From Chiloscyllium plagiosum (lineage: Eukaryota), in NCBI RefSeq assembly GCF_004010195.1, contig NC_057718.1, forward strand, positions 104,587,302-104,628,621: a DNA stretch of 41,320 bases, read 5' to 3'. The notes under the pieces were generated by a model. It saw only the letters and a list, made by a program, of their open reading frames with translations, ran no database searches and was not told the DNA's origin. Of the stretch, positions 1 to 13,460 are shown in pieces. The position numbers and the translations under genes are program-made. Position 1 is the stretch's first letter. Every line of letters starts with the position of its first letter.

Positions 1-1289
1 CCCCACCGCCCTCTCACTGTATTCCCATTTTCCCTTCATTCCCTGCTTCTCTCCCCCACCACACACTGTCTGTCTTATCCATAAACCGTCCTCCACCCAT
101 ACCCTCTCCACCATTACCCATTTTTTTTAGTCTAAGGGCTATTGGCTGAAGCTGTCCTATTTGAATTGTTATAGATCAGTCGTGGTCTATTTGAATGGCA
201 ATGCAAACTAACTGATGGCATCCTGTTACCCTCTCCCTTGTACCAGCATTGTGAATTGCCTTGTCCTGTTCCTGTCAGGCCACCTCATGCTATGCTGAAT
301 GGCCTCTTTTCTACCCACCCCCGTCCAATTCTGAAGTGGAGAATCTGCTGTTCCCACAGTCCTGTTAGCTGTTTTGTCCTGTTTCAATTCTTTTCAGGCC
401 TGATTTTGCACGGTGTTTTTTTCCTCAATCCTGGACACTCCTAGATGTTGATCTTTACAGTTAATAGAATATCTTTTGGAAGAACTGTGCTGTTGGTAAA
501 GGGTTTTTGGCATACTTTCCTGACCTATTCTAATGTGATCCGCCCAGGATGTCAGGTGTCTGTCACGTGGACCTTGTGAACTAATGAACACTCAGCATAA
601 GCGCTCTGGAATGTCACTTCTCTTTGTGCAGCTGAAGAGTCATGTAATGCTTTATAATAGTTTAATAATTCAAAACTAGTGAACATACAAAATGTCAGTC
701 AATTTGAATGTAATAACCTTGTTGGCCATAGGGTCACTATATACAAATTGCAAGCCAGTGACAAATGAGAGAGACTGGTTCATCCCAGGCTTTGTTTTTG
801 ATTGGCCTGAAATCGCAGTGCTTCATGTCTGGTCTTGCATATAATGACTCCTTCACAGAGGATGACAGATCAGCTCCTTGAAAGGAACCAGTTAGGAAAC
901 AATTTCTAAGTTGTTTAAGCACTTTTAAGCAGTCTACGTATAACTTGAGCTAAGGCCTTTCAGTTGGTATGCTTCAGTTCATTGTGAAAGAATGACAGCC
1001 TAAGTGTTGAGGTTTGCAAATATCCTATATTTATGTAATAACATTTCAGTGTAAATTACACAAAACATAATGCTTCAGCTAACAACAATCAGTCAAGATG
1101 TATTTGGATTTGAGGCTGGTTTTATCTGTGGTACTTGTAACAACTCAGCAACTATCAGTGCATGAAGTGAGCTGTTTAGTCTCGATGATATGTAAATTCT
1201 GTCGTGGGGGGCTTCAAGCTCTAACCTTGTGTAGTAATATTTTGATTGAAGTGCTGCCAGCTGAACAAAGCACACGTTTGTGCTATTAA

Positions 1290-1850
1290 ACCTTTTGATG
1301 GTTTTGCTGCAACCTTTTTGCATCACTATGCCAATCTCCACTCTGGCTCAGTGCATCTGCTACAGAAACCCTTGTCCATTTTTGTTTCCAGACTCAATAA
1401 TTTCTGTACTTTCCTGGCTGACCTCTTGATTTTCATGTTTCAATCCTGAACTATCTATTGACTGATCTGCAGCAATCCCACTCATCCATTATTATCTCAT
1501 TATCTTTTCCAGATGCATAAATGCTTTGCTTAAAATTCTCATCCTTGTGTTCACAACCTTATCTATAACCAATCCTAACCCTCGGAACGCTTCATTCCTC
1601 CAACCTTGACCTTGAGTGTCCCCACCCCCACAAAGTCATGATATTTGCACTTGAGGCTTTGGAATTCTATTGCAAACCCACTTCTCTTTTTCCGTCTTTA
1701 ACATAGTCCTCAAAATCTTCGTCTATGACCAAGCATTTAATCATCCATTCTCACATTCCTTCTTTCAGCTCAGTGTCAATATTGTCTGATTGCTCCCCTA
1801 TATGTCACCTCAGAATATCTTGCTTCATGGCAGGTGGTATATACATGCTG
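1290..1850 (+). mobile_element. Ancient L2-like LINE 3' remnant
   Basis: GCTACAGAAACCCTTGTCCAT...GTTTCCAGACTC resembles L2 'A.ETL.HAFVTSRLD'; heavily decayed. Confidence 0.4.
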
Positions 1851-3729
1851 CCAGGATCTGAATTTAAAATCGTTCCTTGTATTTGTGTATACTTATGATT
1901 ACAAATTGTATATTGCTAATCTAACTGATGAAATAATGCAGTTATGATATAAATTAGTGCAATATTTATTGAAGTAATAACATTTAAATAACCAATGCTC
2001 CAATGAATATAGTGAAACACAAGGTGGGCATGTTCACATAACTGGCAGTGTTTTACTTTCATGTACTATCATTTTTATTTTAAAAAGTAAGCAGTTGAAG
2101 GATTTACATGTTGAAGCAATTACTTTCTAAAACTGATCCATTTTGAACAGTAACTGAAATATCTATTTCAAAATACTGTACTATATTTTGTAAATGAACA
2201 AACGTTTATATTGATCTGAAAATGAGTAATTGACAAAATTGCTATTTCACTTAAGAGGTTAGTACATACAGTTATGCCACTTGCAACTGTATCGCATTTG
2301 CACAAGACCTACTTGCCACACAACACTATATGACATCGTGGATTATATTTAAAAGCCTCAAAGTACACTCCCAAGTCACCTGAGAGAATCCAAACTGATT
2401 TGGCATATGTTGAGCTAATGCTTGAGCATTGGCTAATATTGTCATGTGGATCTGTGATGTAATATGAGACTCCTGCACAGTGGCTGGATATCTTTGACAG
2501 TATTGGCAAAGATTTATTTGTGTTTGTTTACTGAATACAGCCTGTCTGAAGTTAGTCATTATTTTTTGTCCTGATGATCGGGGTAATTTGTTCCATGTTG
2601 GTATTATACACTATATTTCAGTTAGCTCATTTTAGAATATTTGGGGTATTTTGTATTCTGGAGTGGCTTGGCTGAGGGTTCAAATGAGGATTGCAAATGG
2701 TGTTGTGACTTAGTTTCAGGATTTGTAGATAAGGTTGGCAGTTATTGAATGTACATGTCTGTCATTTTAAACAATGTCAAATGTAAGCAAGTTATTGGCT
2801 TGACCACAAACCTGGGTTGATTTCAAGTCTAAGTAGATGACACAATTGAATCATAGGTTTTGCAGAGCTAGTGAAGTTGGTAAAGCAGTTGAGCAATGCA
2901 GAATTAAAAGTAGAATGTACAACCAAAATGAGTGTACACAGGGTTCAGTTATATCATTTATAAATCCTAGAATGTGAGCTTTGTTTTGTCTTTGTTTTTG
3001 GATATGATTTCTAGAGGATGAACTATGCAGAAAGTTGGTTTGAACAGCTATTTGTGATCTGTTGTGATCAGAAGACAGGGCCTTAGCAAATTTATATTTC
3101 ACTCAAGTCTGTATTTTTTGAGGTGAATGAACAGTTGATATCAAGTCAATGTTTGCTGAAAGTCTAGTTTTGAGTTTTCCACCACTTTCTCCACCTTTTC
3201 CTTTCCTGCCAACTCAGTCTATGTATCAAATTGTTCTTTAAATTAGTATATTTCTGAACTGTGAAAGCAAAACTATAATAAATGCAGGGGTTATTACAAG
3301 TCTAATCTGGCTCTTTCTCTATGAAGCAAGGTCCAAATTTGCTCCAGTTAACTCCATCCACGTCATTGTGGGATATGATGCGAACCAAACAGCAAAAACA
3401 AGTGCTGGAAGCAGTCGACCCCGAAGTGTCTGGCAAAGAAAATTCTCTGAAGGGAAGGAGTTTGGGGTAGACACTCTGAGGAATTGAGAACAAAGGGGTC
3501 ACTGTCTAAGTATAAGATGCCAGTCTTTTAACACTGAGATAAGGAACATCTCTTCCCTCAAAGTAAATGTTAGTAATTTGTTGCTCCAGGGAGATGCGAT
3601 GCTCCATCAGAGTGCTTTTAAGGCTGGGATTGATAGATTTTTGGTGTCTGAGAGTCATGCGCTGTGGGGAGTAGGCAGGAAAATGGTGTTGAAACCCAGT
3701 ATCGGCTGTGGTTGTGTTGAGTGGTGGAA

Positions 3730-4250
3730 ACTTGAGGTCATGCGGATTGAGTGAATGTGTTCAACAAGGTGAAGGTGTAATCATCGTTGCCCTTTCCCAG
3801 CATAGAGGATTCTACATTGTGAACAGTAAATGGTTATTTCACCTGGAAATGAGTTGGGTCTGCCCTTGAGCAGTGGAAAGGGAGAGGGTGAAAGATCAGG
3901 TATAGCATTTTCTCTGTTGCATGGGAAGGATCTGTGGGATGGTGAAGGAATGCTCATGGTGTTTGAAGGATGGACAAGGGAGAATAGAAGGAAATTGAAA
4001 TGGGGGTGGGAGCGTGTGGGGAGAAGGTGCGTTCAGTGCTGCCATTGTGCTGTAATGAGGGAAATTTGTAGCTTTTAGTCTGTTGGATTACAATGGCTGG
4101 TGGATAGAATAGGGGAAGTCTGGATGGAGGAGAAAGGGTCAGAAGTGTAGTACAGAGAAGGGAATTCTTGGTTGATGGAAATCATGTTGGAAGCACTAAT
4201 TGGGAAAGTGGCATTTGCTGATCCTGAGATGGTGTTTATACATGTAGGTG
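3730..4250 (-). mobile_element. Old, highly degenerate Penelope-like fragment
   Basis: Purine-rich tract with patchy similarity, by eye, to the reverse complement of 19852-20420 (e.g. GCATTTTCTCTGTTGCATGGGAAGG). Confidence 0.4.
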
Positions 4251-4421
4251 ACCAGGGCACTCCACCTGCATTTCCCAAATGTATTGTGACAACCTATTAG
4301 CCTCATGGCCTAGACCAAGTTTTACCTGGATCAGCAATGCCCAGCGATGTACTTCACTCTGCTCACCAAAGCGGAGTTTTGCCAAATGTGCGCTGCTCAA
4401 ATGTAATAATGTATATATTCT

Positions 4422-4523
4422 AGACCAGAGTTGAAAAATGTGATGCTGGAAAAACACAGCAGGCCAGGCAGCATCCGAGGAGCAGGAGAATCGACGTTTT
4501 GGGCATAAGCCCTTCTTCAGGAA
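4422..4523 (-). mobile_element. Penelope-type terminal repeat with a degenerate hammerhead motif
   Basis: Same repeat as 18445-18540; minus strand reads CTGAAGA-A-GGGC-TTAT-GCCC-AAAACGTC. Confidence 0.7.
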
Positions 4524-4524
4524 G

Positions 4525-4860
4525 GGGCATGGTTAGGGTAAATAGGCAAAGTCTTTTCTCTGGGGTGGGGGGAGTCCAGAACTCGAGGGCATAGGTTTAG
4601 GGTGAGGGGGGAAAGATATAAAACAGGCCTGGGGGCAACTCTTTCTCACAGAGGGTGGTACTTGTATGGAATGAAGTGGCAGAGGCTGGTAAAATTGCAA
4701 CATGTAAGAGACATTTGGATGGGTATATGAATAGGAAGGGTTTGGAGGATATGGGCCGGGTGCTGGCAGGTGGGACTAGATTGGGTTGGGATATCTGGTC
4801 GGCATGGACGGGTTGGACCGAAGGGTCTGTTTCCATGCTGTACATCTCGATTACTCTACA
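4525..4860 (+). mobile_element. CR1 LINE 3' end
   Basis: RTRGHRFRV / FFSQRVVLVWN / KRHLDGYMN plus the 3'UTR ending GGGTCTGTTTCCATGCTGTACATCTC. Confidence 0.9.
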
Positions 4861-5935
4861 TATAGAAAGCAGGTCTGGTTCTCAGTTTTGAGTACATTAC
4901 TAATTTAATGTTGGGTTTTCTTCCAGAAGTTGTCCTTGTTCAAAGGGCATGGAAGAAACCTGAGAGACACGTGTTAACGATGTAAACAAGAAAAAGCTCA
5001 TAAAATTACCATGGGTCGGATACTAGGCAGGAAAAATTGATTATTTATGAATGGTTCCACCACAACCCTCCATTAGAATCATCTGTTTTCCACCAACCGC
5101 AGTCCATCTTGGAACTCAGGAATGTAGTTTTGATACAGAGTCCCAGACTTGGAGGGTGTTTGAGATAAAATGTGGGTTCAAATTTCTGCAATCTTTAAGC
5201 ATGTTAATTAGTTGAAATATTTCATTGAATGAACAATTTCATCAGTAACACTCTGCTTACCAATGCTAGAGAGGTGTATGAGGGCATGATAAGGTGTAGC
5301 TCGTAGAAATTTTAACTTTTCAGGTAAGTACTGAGTTCATCTCTCCTGATATCACCTTTGGATCAATGTTCACTTAGTTTGACTTCAAGTGGAAGCCTCT
5401 TTCTCTCTCTACTTCACTTTCCTTCTTTAAAATGCTCCTTTAAAGCTCTGGACCTGACTTCTATGTCAGCATGTATTTTATAATGTTCATTACGGCTCAT
5501 GTGAAGCATTTGGGCCTTCTATGATCTTGATGTATTGGATAAACAGTTGTGTATCTGTTGTTAGGATGATATTCTACATTGAAGGTATTGGTCCTCTTTA
5601 CTTCCCCCATGTGCACAGTGACACTGGGAAGGATATCAAATCGAGTTGAGATGCTGTTGGGTGTGGCTATCTGACAAAGTATCCAGGGCACTCTTCAGTG
5701 AAGCTAAGTCATTGAATCCCATTATTGTAAGATGCTCAGGTGTGGCATGAATAATAATTGAGAAGTAAGGCAGCAAATGCATAATTGTATTTGGGTGAGA
5801 GAGTTCTATTTTTATGCAGGTACAATTATGAAAGATGACACTCTGCAAATGACTCTTTTAGCCATAATATATTGTTAAAGAATATCAAGTCCCTGGTGTA
5901 ATCTTTGGCAAACTTTTCTCTTTTATCTATTTCAG

Positions 5936-6008
5936 TGACTATTTATTCAAGCTGCTGCTGATTGGAGACTCCGGTGTTGGAAAATCTTGTCTCCTTCTTA
6001 GATTTGCA
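5936..6008 (+). CDS. RAB1A: Rab1A GTPase, coding exon 2 (73 nt)
   Basis: ttttatctatttcag acceptor and GTAAGT donor; encodes (Y)[24 protein letters not shown] with the P-loop GDSGVGKS. Exon 1 (MNPEY) was not found in 1-5935. Confidence 0.97.
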
Positions 6009-6249
6009 GTAAGTATAGCATTCATTTTTTGGTAATTTGCTGTCAGTGTTTTATACCAGCTTTATGACTGGCCTTTTGTTGCATATACTGTTTACATCTA
6101 ACGGTTCACTTCACAAAGGTACCCTGGTAATACATTTTAATACACATTTACCTCTCCCAGGTATGGGTTCATTCTAAATAGTTATCACGGTAACAGAGAA
6201 ACAGTACAGGAAGTGACTGGTCCATGCCACACCCACAATTATACATTTG

Positions 6250-6470
6250 ATATCGTAGAATATGTCATTCAGCCTGTTGAGTCTACACCAACCCTACCCA
6301 AGCATCTGACTCACCCTAACCCTGCATTTCCCATGGCCCGTCCACCCAATCTGCACATCTTTGGGCAGTAAGAACAAACCGCACAAACCTGGAGAGAAAG
6401 TCACTCCGGGGTGGAATCAAGCCTAGGTACCTGATGCTGTGAGGCAGGATTGGTAGTCACTTTGCTGCTA
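6250..6470 (-). mobile_element. Degenerate HE1-like SINE
   Basis: CACCCAATCTGCACATCTTTGG and GCTGTGAGGCAG match the reverse SINE copy at 35918-36279. Confidence 0.55.
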
Positions 6471-7345
6471 ATAGAATAAAGTGAAAACCCACAAGCTCCC
6501 TTATTAGTCTTTCCAATTTGAGTTGTATCTGAAGTGAGTATTCTGAACTGTTAATGGTTTGAAGTTCTTGGGTTTCAAGATTGGTCATCTGCTAGAAGAC
6601 AGTTGTCTCCTTTCTTGTACTGTTTATCTCCCTGAGATCAGTAAGCTTTGTACAGTAAAGGAGAGATTGCATCCAGAGTGACACACAGCCAGAGTATATA
6701 GTTCAGAGGAATTTGGAGCAGAGGGGAAGAGGTGCTTTTTGTATGCTTTTTTTTTGCCTCATAGCTTATAAGGGTTTTTAACAGGATAAATAGAAGCTCA
6801 GGATCAGAGGCTCAGCACAAAAATTGTGACATCCCAGGAGAACTACGCTCACTCGTTGGTGATAGCTATTAATTTGACTGACTATTATTAGTTACTTTCA
6901 GATTGAACGTAAATAAGGGAAATATTTACAGGCTTACAACTAAATGACTAGTATGAAATCTTTAAAAGTCAAATTAAGTACTAATTAAATGAAATAGAGA
7001 TGCTGGGCCAGGCACTGTATAAAAAGGTAGACTTGAGCTGAAGGAATCCTTAGGGAGCAGTGACCATAATATGAAAGAATTCACCCTTCAGTTGGAGCAG
7101 GAGAAGCTGGAATCAGATCTAACAATATTACAATTGAGTAAAGGTAACTACACAGATTTGAGGGAGGAGCTAGTCTGAGTTAATTGGAAGAGAAGCCTAG
7201 TTGGAAAATCATGAAGTGGCAATAGCAGGAGTTTATGGGATAATTTGAGAGGCACAGCAAAATTTCGTCCCAAGGAAGAAGAAACAGACAGGGAAGAATG
7301 AGAAAACCGTGGCTAATAAGGCAAGTCAGACTGCATAAAAACAAA

Positions 7346-7548
7346 CCTGGAGAAAGGGTGGACTGCAGATGCTGGAGATCAGAGCTGAAAAATGTGGTGC
7401 TGGAAAAGTGCAGCGGGTCAGGCAGCATCCAAGGAACAGGAGAATCGATGTTGCGGGCATAAGAAGAAGGGCTTATGCCCAAAACGTCGATTCTCCTCCT
7501 TGGATGTTGCCTGACCTGCTGCGCTTTTCCAGCAACACATTTTTCAGC
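7346..7548. mobile_element. Short palindromic Penelope-derived element inserted in an old CR1
   Basis: Inverted arms 7384-7463 and 7472-7548; flanked by GCATAAAAACAAA (7333-7345) and GCATGAAAACAAA (7547-7559); same termini as 18413-20679. Confidence 0.75.
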
Positions 7549-8104
7549 ATGAAAACAAAACATATAATGTGAATATTTCTGGAAACCCTTTTAAAAGCCA
7601 GCAAATAGCTTTAAAATAGCAATAAGGGAGACACTGAAGTGTAAGAGAAAGCTAGCTATTACAGCGGTCTTTTTAGATATTGGTCTGCTGGCGAATAAGG
7701 CTGGATAGTAGTAATGGGGAGCAAAAAAATGGCAGAGTGCAAGACACCAGCAGTGTACTGGAATTTCGAGAGTCGGGGCAGAAATGAGAATAATTGCCAT
7801 CACTAAGGAGAAGGTGCTAGGGAAGCTGAAAAGTCTGGAGGTGGATAAATCACCTGGATCAGATGGACTGCACCCCGTAATTCTGAAAGAGATAACTGAG
7901 AAGATTGATCTTTCAGCAATCACTGGAGTCAGGGAGAGTCCCAGAAAACTGGAAAATTGCTAATGTAACATCCCTGTTTAAGACACTAGGGATGACAGGA
8001 AACTATAAGCTGATTAGTCTGACGTCAGTTTTTGGTAAGATTTTAAAACCCACTTTAAAATGAGACTGCAGAGTACTTGGAAGTGCATGGTAAAATAGGG
8101 CTGA

Positions 8105-8498
8105 ATCATAGAGATGTACAGCATGGAAACAGACCCTTCGGTCCAACTTGTCTATGCCAACCAGATATCCCAACCCAATCTAGTTCCACTTGCCAGCACC
8201 CAGCTCATTTTCCTCCAAACCCTTCCTATTCATAAACCCATCCAGATGCCTTTTAAATGTTGCAATTGTACCAGCTTCCACCATTCCTTCGGCCCCTCAA
8301 TCCATAAACGTACCATCCTCTTTGTGAAAAAGCCGCCCCTATTTTTTATATCTTTCTCCCTTTACCCTAAACCTATGCCCTTTAGTTCTGGTCTGCTCCA
8401 TCCCAAGGAAGAGACTTTGTTTATCTTATCCATGCCCCTCGTGATTTCATAAACCTCTATAGGTCACCCCTCAGCCCCCGACTCTCCAGGGAAAACAG
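8105..8498 (-). mobile_element. Younger CR1 3' end nested in the old CR1
   Basis: Starts ATCATAGAGATGTACAGCATGGAAACAGACCC, the reverse complement of the tail at 4820-4850. Confidence 0.9.
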
Positions 8499-11055
8499 GT
8501 GGCTTTGTCAAGGGAGGTCATGCCGAACAGATCTGTTAGAATTCTTTGAAAAGGTAATGAGCAAGTTAGATAAAGGAGAGCAAATTAATGTGATCTACTC
8601 GGAATTTCAGAAGGCCTTTGATATGGTGCAGCACAGGAGGTTGCTCAGTAAGAACTCATGGTGTTCGAGGCAAGGTACTCGCATGGACAGAGGATTGGCT
8701 GACTGGCAAAAGGCAGAGTGGGGCTAAAGGAGGCTTTTTCAAGATGGTGACTAGTGGAATATCATGGGCTAGTGTTGGGACCCACAGCTATTCTGGTTAT
8801 ATGTTAACAACTTGGATGAAGGAACTGAGGGCATTGCTGCTAATCTTGCAGTTGTCACAAAGATGGAGGGAGTGTTGTGGAAGCAGTGGAGTCTGCAAAA
8901 GGACTTCAATAAGCATGGAAAGTGGACAGACAAGTGATAGATGGAATACAATGTGGGAAAGTGAGAGTTTATGCACTCTGATAGGAAGAAAAGTATAGGC
9001 TATTTACTCAATGGGGAAAGGCTTTGGAAGTCTGAAGCACAAGTAACCTGAGAGTCCTGGTTCAGAACTATCTCTTAAAGTTAACATGCTGGTTCAGTTG
9101 GCAAGGCAAATGCCAAGTCAGCATTCGCTTCAAGAGGACTAGAATTCAGGAGTAGAAATGTACTGCTGAGGCTGCAGATGCTGTGGTCAGACCATGCTTG
9201 GAATATTGAGAGCCTTTTTGGACCCTGTATCTAAGGAAGGATGTGCTGTCATTGGAGGGGTTTCAGAGGAGATTTACAAGTATGATCCCAGGAATGAAGG
9301 GCTTGTCATATGAAAAGCATTTGAGGACTCTGGATCCGTATTTAATGGATGTAAAGGATTGAGGGGGAGATTAGACAGAAATGTACAGAATACTTGATTG
9401 AGTGGACATGAAGAGTATGCTTCCACTGGTAGCAGAGACTAGGGTGGTGAATCTGTGAAGCTCATTGATGCAGAGGGCTTTTATAGGCCTGGCCATTGAA
9501 AGAGAGAAGTTCTTGATTAGTAAGGGGTTCAAGGGTTATGGGGCGAAGGTAGGAGAATGGGGTTGAGAAACATTCCAGCCATGATCAAATGGCATAGTTG
9601 ATCTGATGGGCTGAATGGCTTAATTCTGTGCCGATATTTTATGGCCTTGCTCGTTTCCTCCACCCCAAAAAAACCCCTCAAAACTGAGAGGCAAACCGAG
9701 GCAGCCGAAGCTGGGCTCTTGTTATCCTGTGCTGATGTTTGTACCTGTTACATTTGGTTTTTAGATTAGATTACTTAGTGGTTTAGTAACATTGTGCAGT
9801 AAAATAACTAAGGTGATGAGAATCTGGTGTAATTGCAAAAGTAAAATGAATTGGTTTCTTACTAATGTGGCAGTCAATGGGGAGTATGGTTGAGGGCAGG
9901 GAACAAGCCTTCCTTCATTGAGGGTTTCAAAACTGACTGGGCAAACTGTTGCTGCTTGGAAAGGAAACCATTGCAAAGGTGTGGATTTCAAATCCTCTGC
10001 AAATATGGCAGGGGTCATGTATGAAGTATGTGATGTGGGACATGTTTGCTACTAGGTGTAACTCAAAGCCAAGATAGTTTGGTAGTGGTGAAACCTGGCT
10101 ATCTTGATGCTCTTCACTGTAATTTCATCAATCTTCCAAAATGAAACACTCCTTTCATGCACTGTTCATGCTGGTGTCTAATTGTGAATGAATCTTGAGG
10201 GGCATGTTTATAGTTTACAAGTATACATTTGCGTTTCAGTTTTAATTGACTATCTGCAAAAGAGATTAAACATTTTGTCAACTATGAAAATGGAGACAGT
10301 GGATGGATGAATTTCAATGGAACCTCTTTGAAATGTATTGATCCCGATAGTCATGTCTCCCTTGCTTATGGAACCCTTCCTATGTGGTGGAAGGTAGCAT
10401 AAATGATGGGTGTAGTGCTATAATTTAACTTGCCCTGATTACTGCCTTGATTACCTTGGTCATGTCGCTCTGCTTTGGGTTTTGGACTCTGACATTTGCT
10501 GTTCTCAGGATGTTTTTTTGTTTGGAGGGGAGGAGGGAAGGTGGAAGGGGTTTAGAAGTTGGGCATGGTGAACAAAGTAAAAGGCAGGACACAGCTGCTA
10601 GTTTTTTGCCCTGTTTGCTAGTTAGTGGATGAGAGGGGAATTATTTGGGCCACACTTACTGCAATGGCCACCCTCAATGATTTCTGAGCCATTTTTCTAG
10701 CTGTAAATGGGGAGTACAGAGGGGGCAGGTAACAAACCTTTCTTGATGGAGGTTTTCAAAACTGAGTGGGCTGTCTAGAGTTGAGAAAGAGAAACTGTTC
10801 CTACTCATAAAGGAAACATCATCTGCAAAAGAGGCAATGTGAATAGTTAGTGATTTATTGAACAAATCTGGATTGTTAAGTCTTTCACCTTTTAGAATGC
10901 AGGTTTCGGTTCATTAATATGTAAATCCAAGAACTACTTTTAAGTCACTTTTTCAAAATAACTTAAGACTTAACAATTCAGGTTTGTTCAGTATATCACT
11001 GTATGACGCTAAACGTTTGCTATAAATTGTGTATTACTGTCATATACTCCACAAC

Positions 11056-11090
11056 CACCTGATGAAGGAGCGACGCTCTGAAACCTAGTG
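11056..11090 (+). ncRNA. Minimal type-I hammerhead-like motif within a ~90-bp repeat (11050-11140)
   Basis: CAC-CTGATGA-A-GGAGC-GAC-GCTCT-GAAA-CC-TA-GTG: core boxes, 5-bp stem II, 3-bp stem I. Confidence 0.55.
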
Positions 11091-13460
11091 TTTCCAAATA
11101 AACCTTTTGGACTATAGCCTGGTGTTGTGTGATTTTTAACATTGTCCTATTTCTTGCGTATATTGCAGCTTGCCTTGGAGTCATGGTCTGAGCTCACTAT
11201 TTTCCTACCTTCTCCCATGGACAAAAATTTGGGATATGATAGTAACTGTCCCACCTTTTTGTATCAAGCAGAATTAAATCTCTGAAATGTTTCTTTTGCC
11301 TTGTTATTCCTCCAAGGGTTGTAGCTGTATAACACTGCACACTGTTTACAGATGAATGATGAGGTTTCTAGTTTGTTTTGTTTGGATTGAAAACTTTCAT
11401 TGTTGCCTGTTGTTTGCCTTAAGTTTCACAAACAGGGAATCTGTGTGTAAATTGAATATGTCGAAATCCAATTGGACTTCATGTCTGCTAACTTTATTCT
11501 TTCACTCCTTTGTGCTATCTCAGCACAGTTTCCAAAATATTTAATTTACTTCTCATAACAGAAAACTTTGCAACTAATTTTGAGTTGCATTAATTCTTGT
11601 GGCTGGTAAAAGTTGGGCCAAATAAGATTTATTCTTTTCTGTCTGCTTGGGATAGTTTGTAAAGGAGGGCGAGCATGTTGATAATGCACTGTGACACCCT
11701 ACATTGGAAACTCACAGATAAAGGTAGTAAATTACAGGTTTGTAATTTCTTAACTGTGTTCCAGGGCAAAGTATCCAATGCAATGCTTCCCAAGTGTTCC
11801 CTGACTATGAACCCTTTGAGGCTTGTAAACATTTGCAAGCCCTCAATGGGGTGTTGAGAGCAGAGCTATGTCAGAAGGGAGACCTGGCTGTTACAACTTG
11901 GTCAGAGTTCCATCGTGCCCATTGCTGTCTCAGAGCTTTGTACCTCTGAAATTTCGGCTCATGTCCTCACTTGGGATCCTGACCTCGCTGAAAATTTGAA
12001 AGTGTTAAGCATGTGACTTTTGGTTCATGGTGATTTATCTAATTGTTTTCAGAAATGTTCGTATTTGCAACTTAGCTTTTTAAGGGTGGAATGGTTAGGA
12101 AGTGGGCAAAATAGGAGGAAATGTAAACTGTTCCCCTTCTTTCCCCACCAATTAAAATCTTTGCCAATTGGTGATCTTGCATAAAAACTGTAATCTGAGC
12201 AGAAAAACTAAATTGGTGGCTAAACTGGAAACACTCCTGTTTGTTCAGATTGTGCTCCACTTGTGTGCCTTAAACAGCAAGGCAACTGATACACATGGAG
12301 TTTGGGATGGGGAAAGTTGAGGAATTTCTATGGTAACTCAGGACTAGGATGTAAGTTGACATGTTATGCATGGATGGACATTAATTACAGAATGTAGTGT
12401 CCTGAATCCAATTAAAATGCCTCAATTGGAAATATGAAAACCGTTGTGTTCAACAGTATTAAAAAGGAACAAAATGTCCTACAAGTCCTAACATACAAAC
12501 CAGCCAATGCAGAAAGGTAGAGAGACATGATTTTTTTTTTTACAGTCCTTAGTCTGATCCATGATGTTCTTGTAGAGTTACAATGGAAGAGTGCTCCTGC
12601 TGACCTTTCACACCACTCTACTCGCCTTGTTGAGAGCTAAATTAACCAAGCTGTCGCAAGATGAAGAAGCAAATGTGCCACACCCAGCATTTGCATTTTG
12701 TGATGTTTATGTCCCTCCTTCCAACTGGGTTGGCTGAGGGCAGGCTGAAACTGCGTTTGTCAGTTTGAAATTGAATCAGCCTTCTTCTAAAACATTGTGC
12801 ATTGTTCCTGTTGCAGCTGGGAGCACTGTTTCAGGAAACTCTTTTGCTGTAAAAATGCTGTCCTGAATTGTCTCACTCCTAGTACTATGAAAGCAATTGA
12901 TAGTACTTTTAAGAAACTGCTTCCAGTCTTTACTCACCACCCAAGACGAGGGTGTTAATGCAGGGCTATTTTCATAAGTTTGAGCAGTCAAAACCGAAGT
13001 TGTCCTGTTGCATACAGCTGTTTCAAAAAGCAGCAGCTTGCAAGTTAATATCTGTAGCTATTTTTCCTTAACATGATCCTTGATCAACACAATGTTCCTC
13101 ATGCTCAGAATGCATGGCTGGTTGTAAGCTTGTTAAACTTTGGGGCTGGTGCTAACTACTCAGAAAACTGAAAACTACCGGGAGCAATATAACAGCAAAA
13201 GTGCTTCTGTTCATTTTCTGGCATAATTTTATAGGTGCTTCCACTAAGTGGTAGTCAGAAACTCATTGTTGCATGTGTCTTTTCACCATAAGTAAAAGAT
13301 GCTTTGATTGCTTTCTTTGGCATGTGTTGTACTGATTATTATAATCTGGGAGGGACCTTCAGTCCCACGCACTAACTGATTACATTTCTGCTCATGAGGA
13401 TCTATTTAGTTCGTGAATGCAAACTGCAGACAGTAGTATTATCAGAATTGAAAACAAATA

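Larger units (their letters stand above)
7020..9645 (+). mobile_element. Old CR1 LINE ORF2 (decayed), interrupted by two younger insertions
   Basis: Remnants of PLGSSDHN, KSPGSDGLHP, VPENWKIANVT, GNYKLISLTSV, FQKAFD and a 3' tail; many stops and frameshifts. Confidence 0.85.

Noticed and set aside
9650..13460. Repeat-poor stretch of RAB1A intron 2 as a possible enhancer or ncRNA host
   Set aside because: No snoRNA, miRNA or conserved-element signature I can support without alignments.
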